From assembly GCF_006345805.1 (NCBI RefSeq), contig NC_043000.1:163680001-163744000 (forward strand): 64,000 nt of DNA, given 5' to 3'. Below the pieces are notes generated by a model, which saw only the letters and a list, made by a program, of their open reading frames with translations, was not told the origin of the DNA and did not search any database. A program made the position numbers and the translations under genes. Of the stretch, positions 52,119-64,000 are shown one piece after another. Every line of letters begins with the position of its first letter. Position 1 is the first letter of the stretch. Source of the stretch: Octopus sinensis (Eukaryota).

Positions 52119-54275
52119 GTAAATATAAGGTGTCCCACATCCGGTTTGGATTTTAAAATTCATCATATGTTTAAGTAGAGCGCTTCCCGCCTATATTACG
52201 GCAGTCCTTAAGTTCAACATGTGGTCCTCATTTTAAACAGTGATGAGTGTTTATTGAAGCGGGGGATGGGAAGGTTTTGGATGTCACTTCGAACAGTTCG
52301 AGCTGCCATGTTGAAGTTTCTTCCTCACTCGGTTAGGGTGAACGGATATTGGAGTGCAATTTGGCTGTTGTTGTTATTGTTGTATTGTTGTTGTTGCTCC
52401 TGTTGTTGTTGTTGTTATTGTTGTTGTAGTTGATGGCGTCATTGCTATCGTAATCATTCTAGCTGTTATCGCTGACTCCGTCCTTTTGGTTCCAGATTTT
52501 GTTAATATTATTACTATAAATTGTTGTTTTTGTTGTTATTGTTGTTGTTGTTGTTCTCTATGCTTCACTGACAAACAGGATTGTCAACACTTAGGGAGGA
52601 TGTCCAGTTATGTTGTTCCCATTGCACCTGCCACACACCCACCCACTCACAGCCATGACTCGGAGTAAAACAAAATGCTTTTATATGTCAGGGTATTTAG
52701 TTTATGAAAAAGAAAAAGAGAAAATAAAAATGAAAACGGAAGAAAGGAAGAGAGAAAAAAGGGAAGAAAGAGGCGGAGAAATAAAGAAAATAAGTAAAAA
52801 ATAAATAAATATCAAGTACTAAGAAGTAAAAATGAATGGGGTAAATAACGGATTCAACGCAATAACTTAGTACCTGAAATGCCAGAAGCAAAAATAAAAC
52901 AAGCAGTGAACGTATGAAGAGAGAAAGGCAGAAGGGAAAATTTTCTGTAACTCTTTTGCTGGTGTCAGTTATTAGACAGCGGTCATTTGGGGGTATTGTG
53001 CTGAAAAGCTCTTGACAGGAATGGCGGCGCAAATTATGATTACAACAACGGCGAAAATGCCGTCCAATAACCGTTCATTCTAAGCGGTTGAGAGAAGAAA
53101 CTTCTACATAGTTGCTCAAGCTGTTCAAATGTCAATCAGATTTCACTTTTCGAATCTCTGACTCATGGCACATGAAGAGAGACAGCGCACAAATCATATG
53201 TGATAGGAAAATTCTGCTCTTTAATTTATAAATCTTAACCCTTTATTAAAAAATCAGACCCTCCCCATTATTTTGAGGTTAACACGTGATGGTTCGACAG
53301 CACAAAGGTATGCGATCTTATCGGTCTGTATACCCTAGGTACTCTGTAAAAGAATTCATTGCTACATGAATTGCCCTATATAGGGATGGTGTGTTGGTCA
53401 TAACAGAGCAACGAACACACATATAATCTTAAGAAAAAAGTAACTGATATATTTAGTAATTTTGATCTCAGAATCATTATAAACTATAAACTATAATCTG
53501 AACACTAAATTTATGAGCCATTACCTTTATGCTCATTACAGACAAATACGAATAAAAGGGCAAACCAAATGAAAAGCTGACAGACAATTAAATATTGCTA
53601 CCATCAGCTCATAGTTTTTAAAACTTTAACCAATGACATCAATAGACGAATCTCAATTTGTCGCCCCATGAATATTAAAAGCTGGCGGATATAAAAATAT
53701 CACTTACAACCTCTCAAAATTCTCGAACTAGAAAAACAGTCTGGTTCGTTATACCCTTAAAATCAAAATAATATACCAAAAAAAAAACCGTTCCCAAAAC
53801 TTAATGAATAAGCATTTCTCCAATAATCACCGTTCTGTGATTCATCAGAAATAAGTAAATACTAAACCGTAGTTGCTCTCCCAATAAAATTTTCGTAATG
53901 CAACTAAAACAATTGAGAAAACTGAATACACCTGTCCAAACATAGTGCCGGAATGATAGAAGACAAATTCAAAATATTTTAACAAACTTCTTATTTATGG
54001 ATATAAGAAAGAAAAAAAAAAAGATAAATAGCTATCTGATTATGTCGAGACAAGAATATCTTTCGAAAAATATGAATTATACAGAAACAGAATTAGTATA
54101 TTGGATTATGTTGTTGTTTATAGTTTTATTGTTTCAATATACAAATGTGGAATTGTCCCACACTGTGTCAACTACTGAGCAAGAAAATAGCTACAAAGGT
54201 AACCTCACATACATATATTCATATTTATATATGTACGTATATATGTATTTGTGCGCATATGCATATATATACACT

Positions 54276-54592
54276 GTGAAGGCGCATGGTTTGGTGGTTA
54301 AGGTATTCGGCCCACGAACATAAGTTCGTGAGTTCCATACCTGTCGATGCGTTGTGTTCTTGAGAAAGAATTTTTTTTTCGCGTTGCTGGCAAAAATTAG
54401 TAGTACCTGTGTCTCAAAGGTCCAGCCTTGTCACATCATGGGTCACGCTCAAACTCCCTGAGAACTACGTTAAAGGTATGCCTGTCTGTAGAGTGCTCAG
54501 TCACTTCCGTGTTAAATTCACGAGCAAAGTGTTCCATTGATCGGATCAACTGGAACCCTCCTCATCGTCGTCGAAACCAGTAAATTGCCAGT
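54276..54592 (+). mobile_element. tRNA-derived CORE-like SINE
   Basis: GTGAAGGCGCATGGTTTGGTGGTTAAGG head, GAGTTCCATACC B-box-like motif, GCGTTGTGTTCTTGAG. Confidence 0.7.
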
Positions 54593-55534
54593 GTTATGTA
54601 GACACAGGCACGGATGGATCTATATACAGACATACCTATCCACACACATATATGCACACACAGAGGCTCAAATACATGCACTTATAAGCCACTCACATGC
54701 ACAAATCCATACGTGTGCACATACATGCACATGCCTACAAACATACAGAGAGAATGACAGAGACAGGCTCACATATACGAAAACATATTTTCTTCGATGT
54801 TAAACGTCTTCTATTTCAACTGAGAATTTTTCGGCAATTAGACTTCTTAATGAGCAACAACAGAAAGCGCTACAACGCGGATGACCAGAGAATCACGACT
54901 GCTACTGTCTGGCCTAAATCTCTCGTGCGCCACCACGAGCGAAGAATCTACGAAACTGGTGGTATTTCATCATCACAGATGTATGTTAGAGCCAAACGGC
55001 TGCAACAACAACGAGAAAAGCACTTCTGACGATCAAGTTATAGCATTATTATTGCTGCAGAAGATACTTACGTATGAAGCTTTATTGTGTAGTTGTAGAT
55101 GCGCATTTTCCAGTAACAAGGAGATGGGTCTATAGCTTAAGGGTGGTTTACAATGACATGTCCACCGTCTATCTAGGATCTGAAACTTATTCTGACGGAA
55201 CCCACCTCCATGCTAACTACAATAGCTTGCTTTTCTCTCAAAGTTTCCACTCTGAAACCTTGTAATTCTAGACTCACGCATGAAGCATCAGGGCAGCGTG
55301 GATAGATCGTTTCTATAAGAGTTGTGCACTATTTATTCAGCTTTTAAACAGATGTTGTGACAAGAACTAAAGGTCCGGCACTTTCAAAATGATCTTCCAG
55401 CGCGCTCATTCACCATTTCGAGTACTTCTATATCATTGGGAACCATTGCTAGATTATCATTCATTGTATTTTTGGTTCATCTGATCCTTTAACATGCTTT
55501 GTTCCTGTTCGAATAGATATGTGTGTGTGTGTGT

Positions 55535-55592
<58 letters not shown>

Positions 55593-55599
55593 AGTGTTT

Positions 55600-55790
55600 G
55601 TTCCCCACCACCACTTGATGGTGTGCTTACGCACCCGCAACTTAGCAGTTCGGCAATAAGCGACCGATAGAATAAACACAAGGCTTAAGAAAGATAAGTG
55701 CTGGGTTTCGAGTCATTCGACTAATAATTCGTGGCGGTACCCCAGCATGGCCGCACTCTTATGACTGAAACAAGCAAAAGATAAAAGATA
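55600..55790 (+). mobile_element. 3' domain of SINE family B after a (TG)n tract
   Basis: AACTTAGCAGTTCGGCAA..GACCGATAGAATAA...GGCGGTACCCAGCATGGCCGCA..TGACTGAAACAAG(C/T)AAAAGA is the inverted match to 26030-26235. Confidence 0.7.
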
Positions 55791-55987
55791 TTCGTATGTC
55801 TGGCGATCACCTTTCTCTTCTTACATGTTTAATTAAACATTCGGCAATGTCTGACTTCGTTTCAGTTTTTAGAATTTTCGTATTTTTATTAGTTGGTGAC
55901 TTTTATGTTGCAGCAAATTAGAAAGCAATACATTTCATTCTTAAATCCATATTCCACATTTTCAGGATTTCACAGGTTTTCAACTAA

Positions 55988-56090
55988 GAATGTAAAGGGG
56001 TGTAACGAATTAAGAGGGGACATTTTCTCCCGATAAACTATGAATGTAAAGGGGTGTAACGAATTAAGAGAGAACATTTTCTCCCGATAA
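55988..56090. repeat. Two-copy tandem repeat, period 54 bp
   Basis: GAATGTAAAGGGGTGTAACGAATTAAGAG.G.ACATTTTCTCCCGATAA occurs twice. Confidence 0.9.
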
Positions 56091-56475
56091 TCGAATGATT
56101 GTACCATAAACTATCAATGTAATAATTGATTATTGTTTTATCTAATACCTGAGGGAAACTAAGACATGTCATAGTAAATATGTTACAAGCACACTCACGT
56201 GTAACATGTATATCTGCGTGTACGTATATATAGATATGTACATAGATATGTGTGTATATATCTTTTTGCAAGTGTGTATGATATATATTTGTTTGTATAT
56301 ATATCTATGTATACGCATATGTATATATATTTCATCACCACTAACCAGTAGATATAGAGCACGCTGAAGATAAAACTCTAACACGCCTATGTGGCCATCT
56401 TTGTTACCTTATCAGACGGTCAATCAATGTGACTATATAGCTTACCTCATTTCATTTTCTGACTCACTCATTCGA

Positions 56476-56524
<49 letters not shown>

Positions 56525-56677
56525 CACACACACACACTAGCAATCACTCACACACATTAAGAATCACACAAACTCTCTCTTTCTAAGTCTATGTCCCTTT
56601 ATACATACCGAGAAAAAAGAAAAAAGTGATTTGTATGTATTTATAGATCAATACATCAACACAGTTACAATATATAT

Positions 56678-56710
<33 letters not shown>

Positions 56711-56949
56711 CATGTGTGTATGAGTGTGCGTGTGCTTGTGAGTGTGTGTCTGTGTCTGACTGTGTATACTTATGTATGTACACATGTATTTATCTATGTA
56801 AAATTGTATTTTACAACAAAATGTGAAATCTATCAAGTAATAAACATAGCACTAGAATGATGCAAGTATTACTAAACTTGTATAGCTTCCTCTTTGGCTT
56901 TCTATAATATTTGCATACATTTATATGTACAAATATACTCACACATATA

Positions 56950-57011
<62 letters not shown>

Positions 57012-57058
57012 GTATGTATATATATATAGGAATGTGTATATGTATGCATATATATATA

Positions 57059-57095
<37 letters not shown>

Positions 57096-57096
<1 letters not shown>

Positions 57097-57251
57097 GACG
57101 GGCTTCTTTCAGTTTCCGTCTACCAAATCCACTCACAAGGCTTTGGTCGACCCGAGGCTATAGTAGAAGACACTTGCCCAAGGTGCCATGCAGTGGGACT
57201 GAACCCGGAAACATGTAGTTGGTAAGCAAGCTACTTACCACACATCCACTC

Positions 57252-57254
<3 letters not shown>
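57096..57254 (-). mobile_element. CORE-like SINE family B, 5' part
   Basis: Minus strand: GTGGTAAGTAGCTTGC...CCGGGTTCAGTCCC head, then TGGCACCTTGGGCAAGTGTCTTCTAC, similar to the CORE domain TGACCTTGGGCAAGT. Confidence 0.8.
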
Positions 57255-57295
<41 letters not shown>

Positions 57296-57503
57296 TAGAT
57301 ATGTTTCGACCAAAGATTGGTGCAGGCCATGTCTGACTAATGGCACGTGCATATCAACTAATGCCTCATGGTCACATCATGCATATGTATACATATATAT
57401 CTACATTGATATCTAACTTTCTAGCAATCTATAATATATATAAATAAATAAATGAATATATTTATACATAAACATATATACATATATATATATATATATT
57501 ATA

Positions 57504-57550
<47 letters not shown>

Positions 57551-57619
57551 TACATATGTATGTATTTATATATGTATGTGCATGTATGCAATGTATTATA
57601 GGTAAATGTGCGTGTGTAT

Positions 57620-57675
<56 letters not shown>

Positions 57676-58185
57676 CATATATATGCATAAATACGTATTT
57701 TCACATGTAAATGCATTCATATATGGATGCAAAGATATATATATAAACGCATATAAGCTATATGCATTCAAACATACATGCATAGATGGATTCATGCATG
57801 CATGCATATACGCATACATACATGCGCACATTACTTACACATGCGTTCTAAGAGACATATACAATATTCGCCTTAGGGCACCTCTTATATATGATAATAG
57901 AGAAAAATATGATAAAGCATTACATTGCAACTCAACAAAAGAGATTGTACAACTCATATTTTATCTTTATTATTCTACCATATCAGTAGTTTCACCATGG
58001 CAGAATTCCTGTAACATGTCGACTTGATGTATAGAATCAGTCCTTGAAGGTTACCATGTAATATAAAGTTTATAGTGATATTTAGTTGTTGCTAGTGTGA
58101 TGGGTTTGTTTTTGTTTAGCTTTTTTGTTAGATGTGCGTATGTGCCGTGGAGGTGTGAAGTGTGTATGACTGCGATATGTGTGTT

Positions 58186-58230
<45 letters not shown>

Positions 58231-58254
58231 ATATATATATATATATTACATATG

Positions 58255-58289
<35 letters not shown>

Positions 58290-58321
58290 GTATGTATATA
58301 TATATATATATATGCATGTAA

Positions 58322-58354
<33 letters not shown>

Positions 58355-58473
58355 TACGTAGAGATATACGCATCTATGTATATATATATACTCAATACAT
58401 ATATATGCATGTTTATATATATCTATATCTATATATGTATACATGCATATATACATGCATATTATTATATATA

Positions 58474-58512
<39 letters not shown>

Positions 58513-58569
58513 TATACATGCATATATGTATATATATACATATATCTATATGTATATATACATACATAC

Positions 58570-58600
<31 letters not shown>

Positions 58601-58871
58601 TATATATCTATCTGTGTGTGCCTTTGTGTCTGCGTTTCTTCTAACCTCCAGCCCCCACCATCACCACCTTTCGACAACGTGTAACTTAGCGGTTCAGCTA
58701 AAGGGACAGATAGAATATGTACTATGCTTAAAAAATTAGTCGCAGCCAAATGCCTGAAAGAAGTAAAAGAATGAAAGAGTCCATATATAGGTAGATACAC
58801 ACACCAACTCATATGAGTTAGGTTTCTATATGAAGCTAACGAAACTTAAGACCTTGGTGGAATTTGAAATA

Positions 58872-59085
58872 ATAATAATAGTAATCCTTTCTACTAAAGA
58901 CACAAATCCTGACATTTTTAGGGAAGTTACTCGTCGATTACATCGACCACAGTGCTTCGATGCTACTTAATCTATCGACCTGAAAAGGATGAAAGCCAAA
59001 GTCGACCTTAGAACGTAGAGATGGGTGAAATACCGCTAAGCATTTCGCTCGGTGTGCTAACGATTCTGCTAGCTCGCTGTGCTAA
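58872..59085 (-). mobile_element. SINE family A copy (internal deletion)
   Basis: Same tail, body and head motifs; flanked by (AAT)n and (AAC)n. Confidence 0.75.
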
Positions 59086-59143
59086 CAACAGTGCTAACAA
59101 CAGCAACAATAACTGCAACAACAACAACAACAACAGCAACAAC

Positions 59144-59174
<31 letters not shown>

Positions 59175-59798
59175 GTATATCTTAAAAGTAACTTATACAT
59201 CTGTATCTTTCGACGTGTGGAGCTAGAGTAGATGGGAGATCAACAGAATTGCCTAGTCGTTGAATTAGCACGTAAATCGGCATTTCGTAGATACTTGTAG
59301 TTGAGTGTGATTTAGTATGTTGCAAAGTTTTACCATTTGAATTGCGTCTAGTCCACTCGACGGCTGCTACATAGTTTCCATGTACTTAAAGTCACTAGCA
59401 AGTTTCAAATTCAACGCATATTAATTCAGAAGATAATCGCTGAAGATTTCACAGTGAAATTGAGCCCGGAAACTCAAGCATACGAAAAGAAACTTGTAAA
59501 GTACTCGAGACAACTCGAAGTTATATTTACACACTGAAATACACATACGTACAAATACCACGCACATACACCCATACAATCACACACATATTAATATATA
59601 CATACATACACACGTGCGTGTATGTGTGAGTGTGTATACACACACACACATATACACGCCGGGCTTCTTTCATACACACACACTCACACACGTATATATC
59701 CACACATTTCTCTATATGCTTGTATGGATATGAATATTCACATATAAGTATATATGCATTCATATATATATATATAATATATATATATAATATATATA

Positions 59799-59854
<56 letters not shown>

Positions 59855-59885
59855 CATATACACATGCATATGTACATATATGTAT

Positions 59886-60178
59886 AAAAGGGCAAAGACC
59901 CCCTTCTGTCATGAATGACCATGGAATTGCACCTAGAATGTTCCCCTCTAAGGCACAAGTCTGGGCAAGGTTGCTTAGGAAGACCAGTAGTCGTTCATGC
60001 ATACCAGCCTCCCTTCTCCGTGCCACCGATATTATCCAAGGGAAAGGCAAAGGGGCCGATACAACTTGGCACACTGACATCACATCAAGAACACAGCACA
60101 CAGCCTGGTCCGAGAATCGAACTCACTAACTCGTGATTGTGAGCCTGACGCTCTAACCACTGAGTAATGCGCCTTCAC
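59886..60178 (-). mobile_element. tRNA-headed SINE with a distinct GC-rich body
   Basis: Minus-strand head GTGAAGGCGCATTACTCAGTGGTTAGAGCGTCAGGCTC...GAGTTCGATTCTC; body unrelated to families A-C. Confidence 0.7.
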
Positions 60179-60245
60179 ATACATATAAACATTCGTTCAT
60201 ACACACTTGCAAACGAACGTACTGTTACATACAGATATACACACC

Positions 60246-60676
60246 GGCCTCATGTCAGCATTCTTAAAACAGAATTTGGGTTTCCATTCTATGAGTATGT
60301 TTGCAACTGTATTTATACGAGTATGCGTATGTTTTTGTATATATAATAATATATAAATGTATAAATAAATCTATGTTTGTATATGTATATACGTACACGT
60401 ATCTATATATGTACATATGTATATATGTATATACATAATATATGTCTAACTACTTTGTAATGCCAGTGTATCTTGAGTGTATAGATTTCTTTACTTGTGT
60501 TTTATGAAATATTATAAAGACGTTTGCCATGGTTACAGGGATCGTCGTTCTGTGGCACTCGTTCGTTTCTTGGCGATGAATTGTGTTGCTGTTGAACTAT
60601 CTGAACCGCTGTCAACATTTCTGACGTTCGTAGAATGGAAACCCTCATTCTGTTTTAAGAATGCTGACATGAGACC
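60246..60676. mobile_element. MITE-like element with ~45-bp inverted repeats
   Basis: CTCATGTCAGCATTCTTAAAACAGAATTTGGGTTTCCATTCTA (60249-60291) is inverted at 60631-60673 with 2 mismatches. Confidence 0.75.
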
Positions 60677-61005
60677 ATTGTGTGTATCTGTATGTAACTG
60701 TGCCTACGTTTGAAAGTGTGTACGCATGTATGTATGTATGTATGTATGTATGTATGTATGTATGTATGATGTATGTATGTATGTATGTATGTATGTATGT
60801 ATGTATGAATGAATGTATGTATGTAAGTATGTATGTATGTGTGTGTGTGTAGGTATGTATGAATGTATGTATGTATGTATGTATGTACGTATGTACAAGT
60901 GTGTGTGTGTGTGTATGTAAATTTACGTGTACTTATAAAAAACGTAAACAGACTGATAGAAAGACAGACAGGCAGATAGACAGACAGAAAGACAGAGAGA
61001 CAGAC

Positions 61006-61100
<95 letters not shown>

Positions 61101-61101
61101 A

Positions 61102-61172
<71 letters not shown>

Positions 61173-61258
61173 AGATAGATAGATAGTAGATAGATAGATA
61201 TAGATAGATAGATAGATATTCATGTAGCTAAGCAGATTGGCACGTAAGATTTATGTGG

Positions 61259-61310
<52 letters not shown>

Positions 61311-61614
61311 TTATGTATGTGTGTGTGCGCGTATGTATACATAAATATGTATGTGTGCATACATATACACACATACATTGTATTATATTTTATTTGTATC
61401 TCCCTTCACTCTCGGTATATATTATACATGTGTGCGCGTGATCGTGTGAGTTCAGTTTATTTCAAGAGAAAGAACCGGTTTCTAACCAAGATCCAAAGTT
61501 CCTTCATTGGAATTTCAACATCAACAGCCGGGTATTTTTGTTTGTGTGTATGTATTTAAGTATTATGTATGTATGCATGTATGTGCAGATTTGTATGTTT
61601 TATGTATGTATTCT

Positions 61615-63640
61615 CATGCATAGCATTACATATCTAGACATGCTCATAAATGATAAACTTCTGGAAAGTTTTACAGAGTTTTACAGCTCCAGTGATTGGA
61701 TCTGTAGACTCCAAATTAGCCTTCTCCTTTCTGGTTTTGAGAAGCCTAATTTCTCAAGACTGGTATTTAGGCAGTGTGTTATATAACCCAAGGCCCAATA
61801 ATTACAGGTATAAACCCGAACTTGTAATCTGGATAGAGTACTGCAGATTTCTCAATAGTTCAGCATAGGTGTTCTCTTTTTCACTGATTTTCAGTTTTAT
61901 GTTAACATCCTCTGGGCAGCTAATTTCCACAACTATGCACAGTTTCTCTTCTCTATCCCAAACCATTATATCAGGTCTGTTGTGCTTACATTTTATTGAG
62001 GTCTTCACAGGTACACTCCACCAGTATTCCTTTTTATAAGTGGCTATGGCTTGTACTATATTGTGGGTTTTTATTTCTTTGTTCTCGGGATTATCCTTCC
62101 GACGGATTTCATTATAGAGTGCCCGAGCTACAACATCATGTCTCATCGGTAGATAATACCGTGATGACATTTTCGGACGACTGTTTATGATGTGATTGAT
62201 ATCTTCAGTGTAAACTCCACAAAGTCTGCATCGGTTGTCACATTTTACGGTTTTTCCCGCATCTCTATCCCTTTTGTGCATCAGGTACTTAGTTGATATC
62301 TCCTGTTCCTGGATTGCAAATGCACACCCTTCAAAGTGGGAGTTAATAATCCAGCTATTCGTCCATGATAAACTGCTTTGATGATCGATGTTACTTTCAT
62401 CACGGAGCTTTCTTCTAATATATCCATGCATAGCCTTGTGCTCATACAGGCTCATCCTTTCATCTGATGATGTGTTGCAGTAGAGTTATGCGACTTCTTT
62501 GGGCAGGTATTCTATGTTATCAGACAGAGTGTTGCTCAAGGAGATGCCTTCAAAGCCCTATGATGTTATCAGCTTCATGTATGCAAACTTGGTCAAAGGA
62601 TGTACTTCGACGCTTGGTAGTTAAAAGATGTTGCTGAAGGGATATGATGCGACAATCAAAGGCATTTTGGATCGATGTTAGTCCTCTACCGCCTTGTTTA
62701 CATTTTAGGTAGAGGCGGTCTACGTCACTGTTTATGTGGAAATTATGTGTGCTTCTTAGTATTTTTCGGGTTTTCACATCAATGACTCGGACCTTATAAA
62801 GCGTCCAATCAAGCAGCCCAAATGTTGGTATGAGTACTGGCACTGCAAACACATTGTCGGCCACTGTTTTATTAAAGGTAGAGAGTTCTGAGATCAAAAT
62901 TTTTTTTATTCAGCTGTAATATTCTTTAGTGACATGTGTTTTGTTACAGGTGCCACTGTAAGATATATTTTCATCCACCCCTAGATACCTGTAACATACC
63001 TCGTCAGATACAGGGGAAACAGTCAAATCATTGACGGAAGTGCTAATAGTCTGGTTAATAGTCCCCACCCCCTTTCACAACCAAATATCAACATTTATCT
63101 TGACCAAATTCCAACCCTACATCATTTGAGAGTGTTGTAACTAGGTCAAGACTCTTTTTCATCTCATGCATATTCTTTGCAAAAAGTTTTAAATCATCCA
63201 CAAAGAAACATTGTGTAATTTTGGTATTTCTGTTTCCTTGTGAACCAGCGAGTTATCCTTCACACTTCCTTAACATGAATGACAAAGGGTTTACAGAAAG
63301 TATAAACAACATCACAGAGAGGTTGTCTCCTTGAAATATGTGTTTAATTTCAAGATGGTGGCCCACGATGAATTCAGGTCAGTTATGGCTTTGACTATTC
63401 TCATTGGAACCTTAGCAAGAATCCATGAGTGGGGAACAGAGTCAAAGGCTTTCTTGTAATAAAGCCACATTGAAACTAGGTTCCTCCAATGCTCCCGCAC
63501 CTGTCTAATCACAGTTTGTTGCCAAACAAATAATTTCCGTTTCCTTTGGGGAGCGAATTTCTATTGAATCCGTCATTAATCGAAGGGCTCAGATGGTGAT
63601 GTCGCAGTTTGTCTTTGTTTTTAATCTAAATTGTTTACTC
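61615..63640 (-). mobile_element. R4/Dong-like LINE (third subfamily), degenerate with internal deletions
   Basis: MWLYYKKAFDSVPHSW, IFQGDNLSVMLFILSVNP, CFFVDDLK, YRYLG, VDRLYLKCKQGGRGL, FAIQEQEI, CRLCGVYTEDINHIINS..RHDVVA, HNRPDIMVWD..VVEISCP..KENTYAEL, PIIIGALG-like motif near 61790. Confidence 0.88.
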
Positions 63641-64000
63641 CATGTGTGTGCTTCCATACTCTGCTGCGATTATTTCAAGAATATGTAAATATACGCTTAG
63701 CTGGACTGAGAAATGAAAGGCGATAATAGAAGATTTGGATGGGGGAATTAGAATTATTGATTTTAAGACAGTAGCTGTGATTTGATGGCGGCATGACTGT
63801 TATTTCTCACTCGCTGAGTTAATGGAGAAGTATTGTCATTTGTCGGTTGCTATTGTTTGGTCCCGGGTTAGGCTCCGAGAGTAAGGTAACCTCTACACTG
63901 TCGCTTGACCGGCTGGAAGTAGCTCAGTTCTCCTCTAATCACACGTATCGTCTTAAGAATTTTACAATTCGATAATGTAATTCTGGATATATAAAATGAG

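Noticed and set aside
54900-55400. BEL/Pao integrase-like words (YVSIFC, FRRFFARGG) or a SAM-domain-like reading
   Set aside because: Motif spacing does not match Pao integrase and the motifs fall in different frames; left unassigned.
63640-64000. Possible 5' part or HDV-like ribozyme of the terminal R4-like element
   Set aside because: No nested double-pseudoknot could be built, and the link to the element is uncertain at the window edge.

Overview
Eukaryotic, AT-rich DNA saturated with microsatellites. The SINE repertoire and repeat style suggest an octopod cephalopod (Octopus-like); this is an inference from memory, not from a search. No host protein-coding gene, rRNA, true tRNA or CRISPR array can be supported. 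Almost all ORF-track entries are translations of simple repeats or fragments of decayed retroelements, so the window is probably intronic or intergenic. Recognisable content: (1) a full-length but broken Tx1/L1-clade LINE (16773-21883, minus) and two shorter relatives, arranged head-to-tail with a (GATA)n tract at every junction (16671-23601); (2) about six fragments of R4/Dong-like restriction-like-endonuclease LINEs, mostly bordered by (AAT)n; (3) about 20 copies of one tRNA-headed SINE with two alternative 3' tails, plus CORE-like SINEs; (4) CR1 3' ends, a deleted mariner, several MITE/foldback elements, a Penelope-type minimal hammerhead ribozyme, a 120-nt hairpin and a 1.63-kb tandem duplication. 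The most interesting signal is an apparent retroelement-microsatellite system. A Tx1 LINE seems to target (TATC)n, and its last ~45 nt, including a small stem-loop whose stem varies between families, are shared by a SINE and by an internally deleted LINE copy. R4-like LINEs and the SINE occupy (AAT)n tracts in opposite orientations. Coordinates were read by eye and are approximate to within a few bases (tens of bases for degenerate elements).
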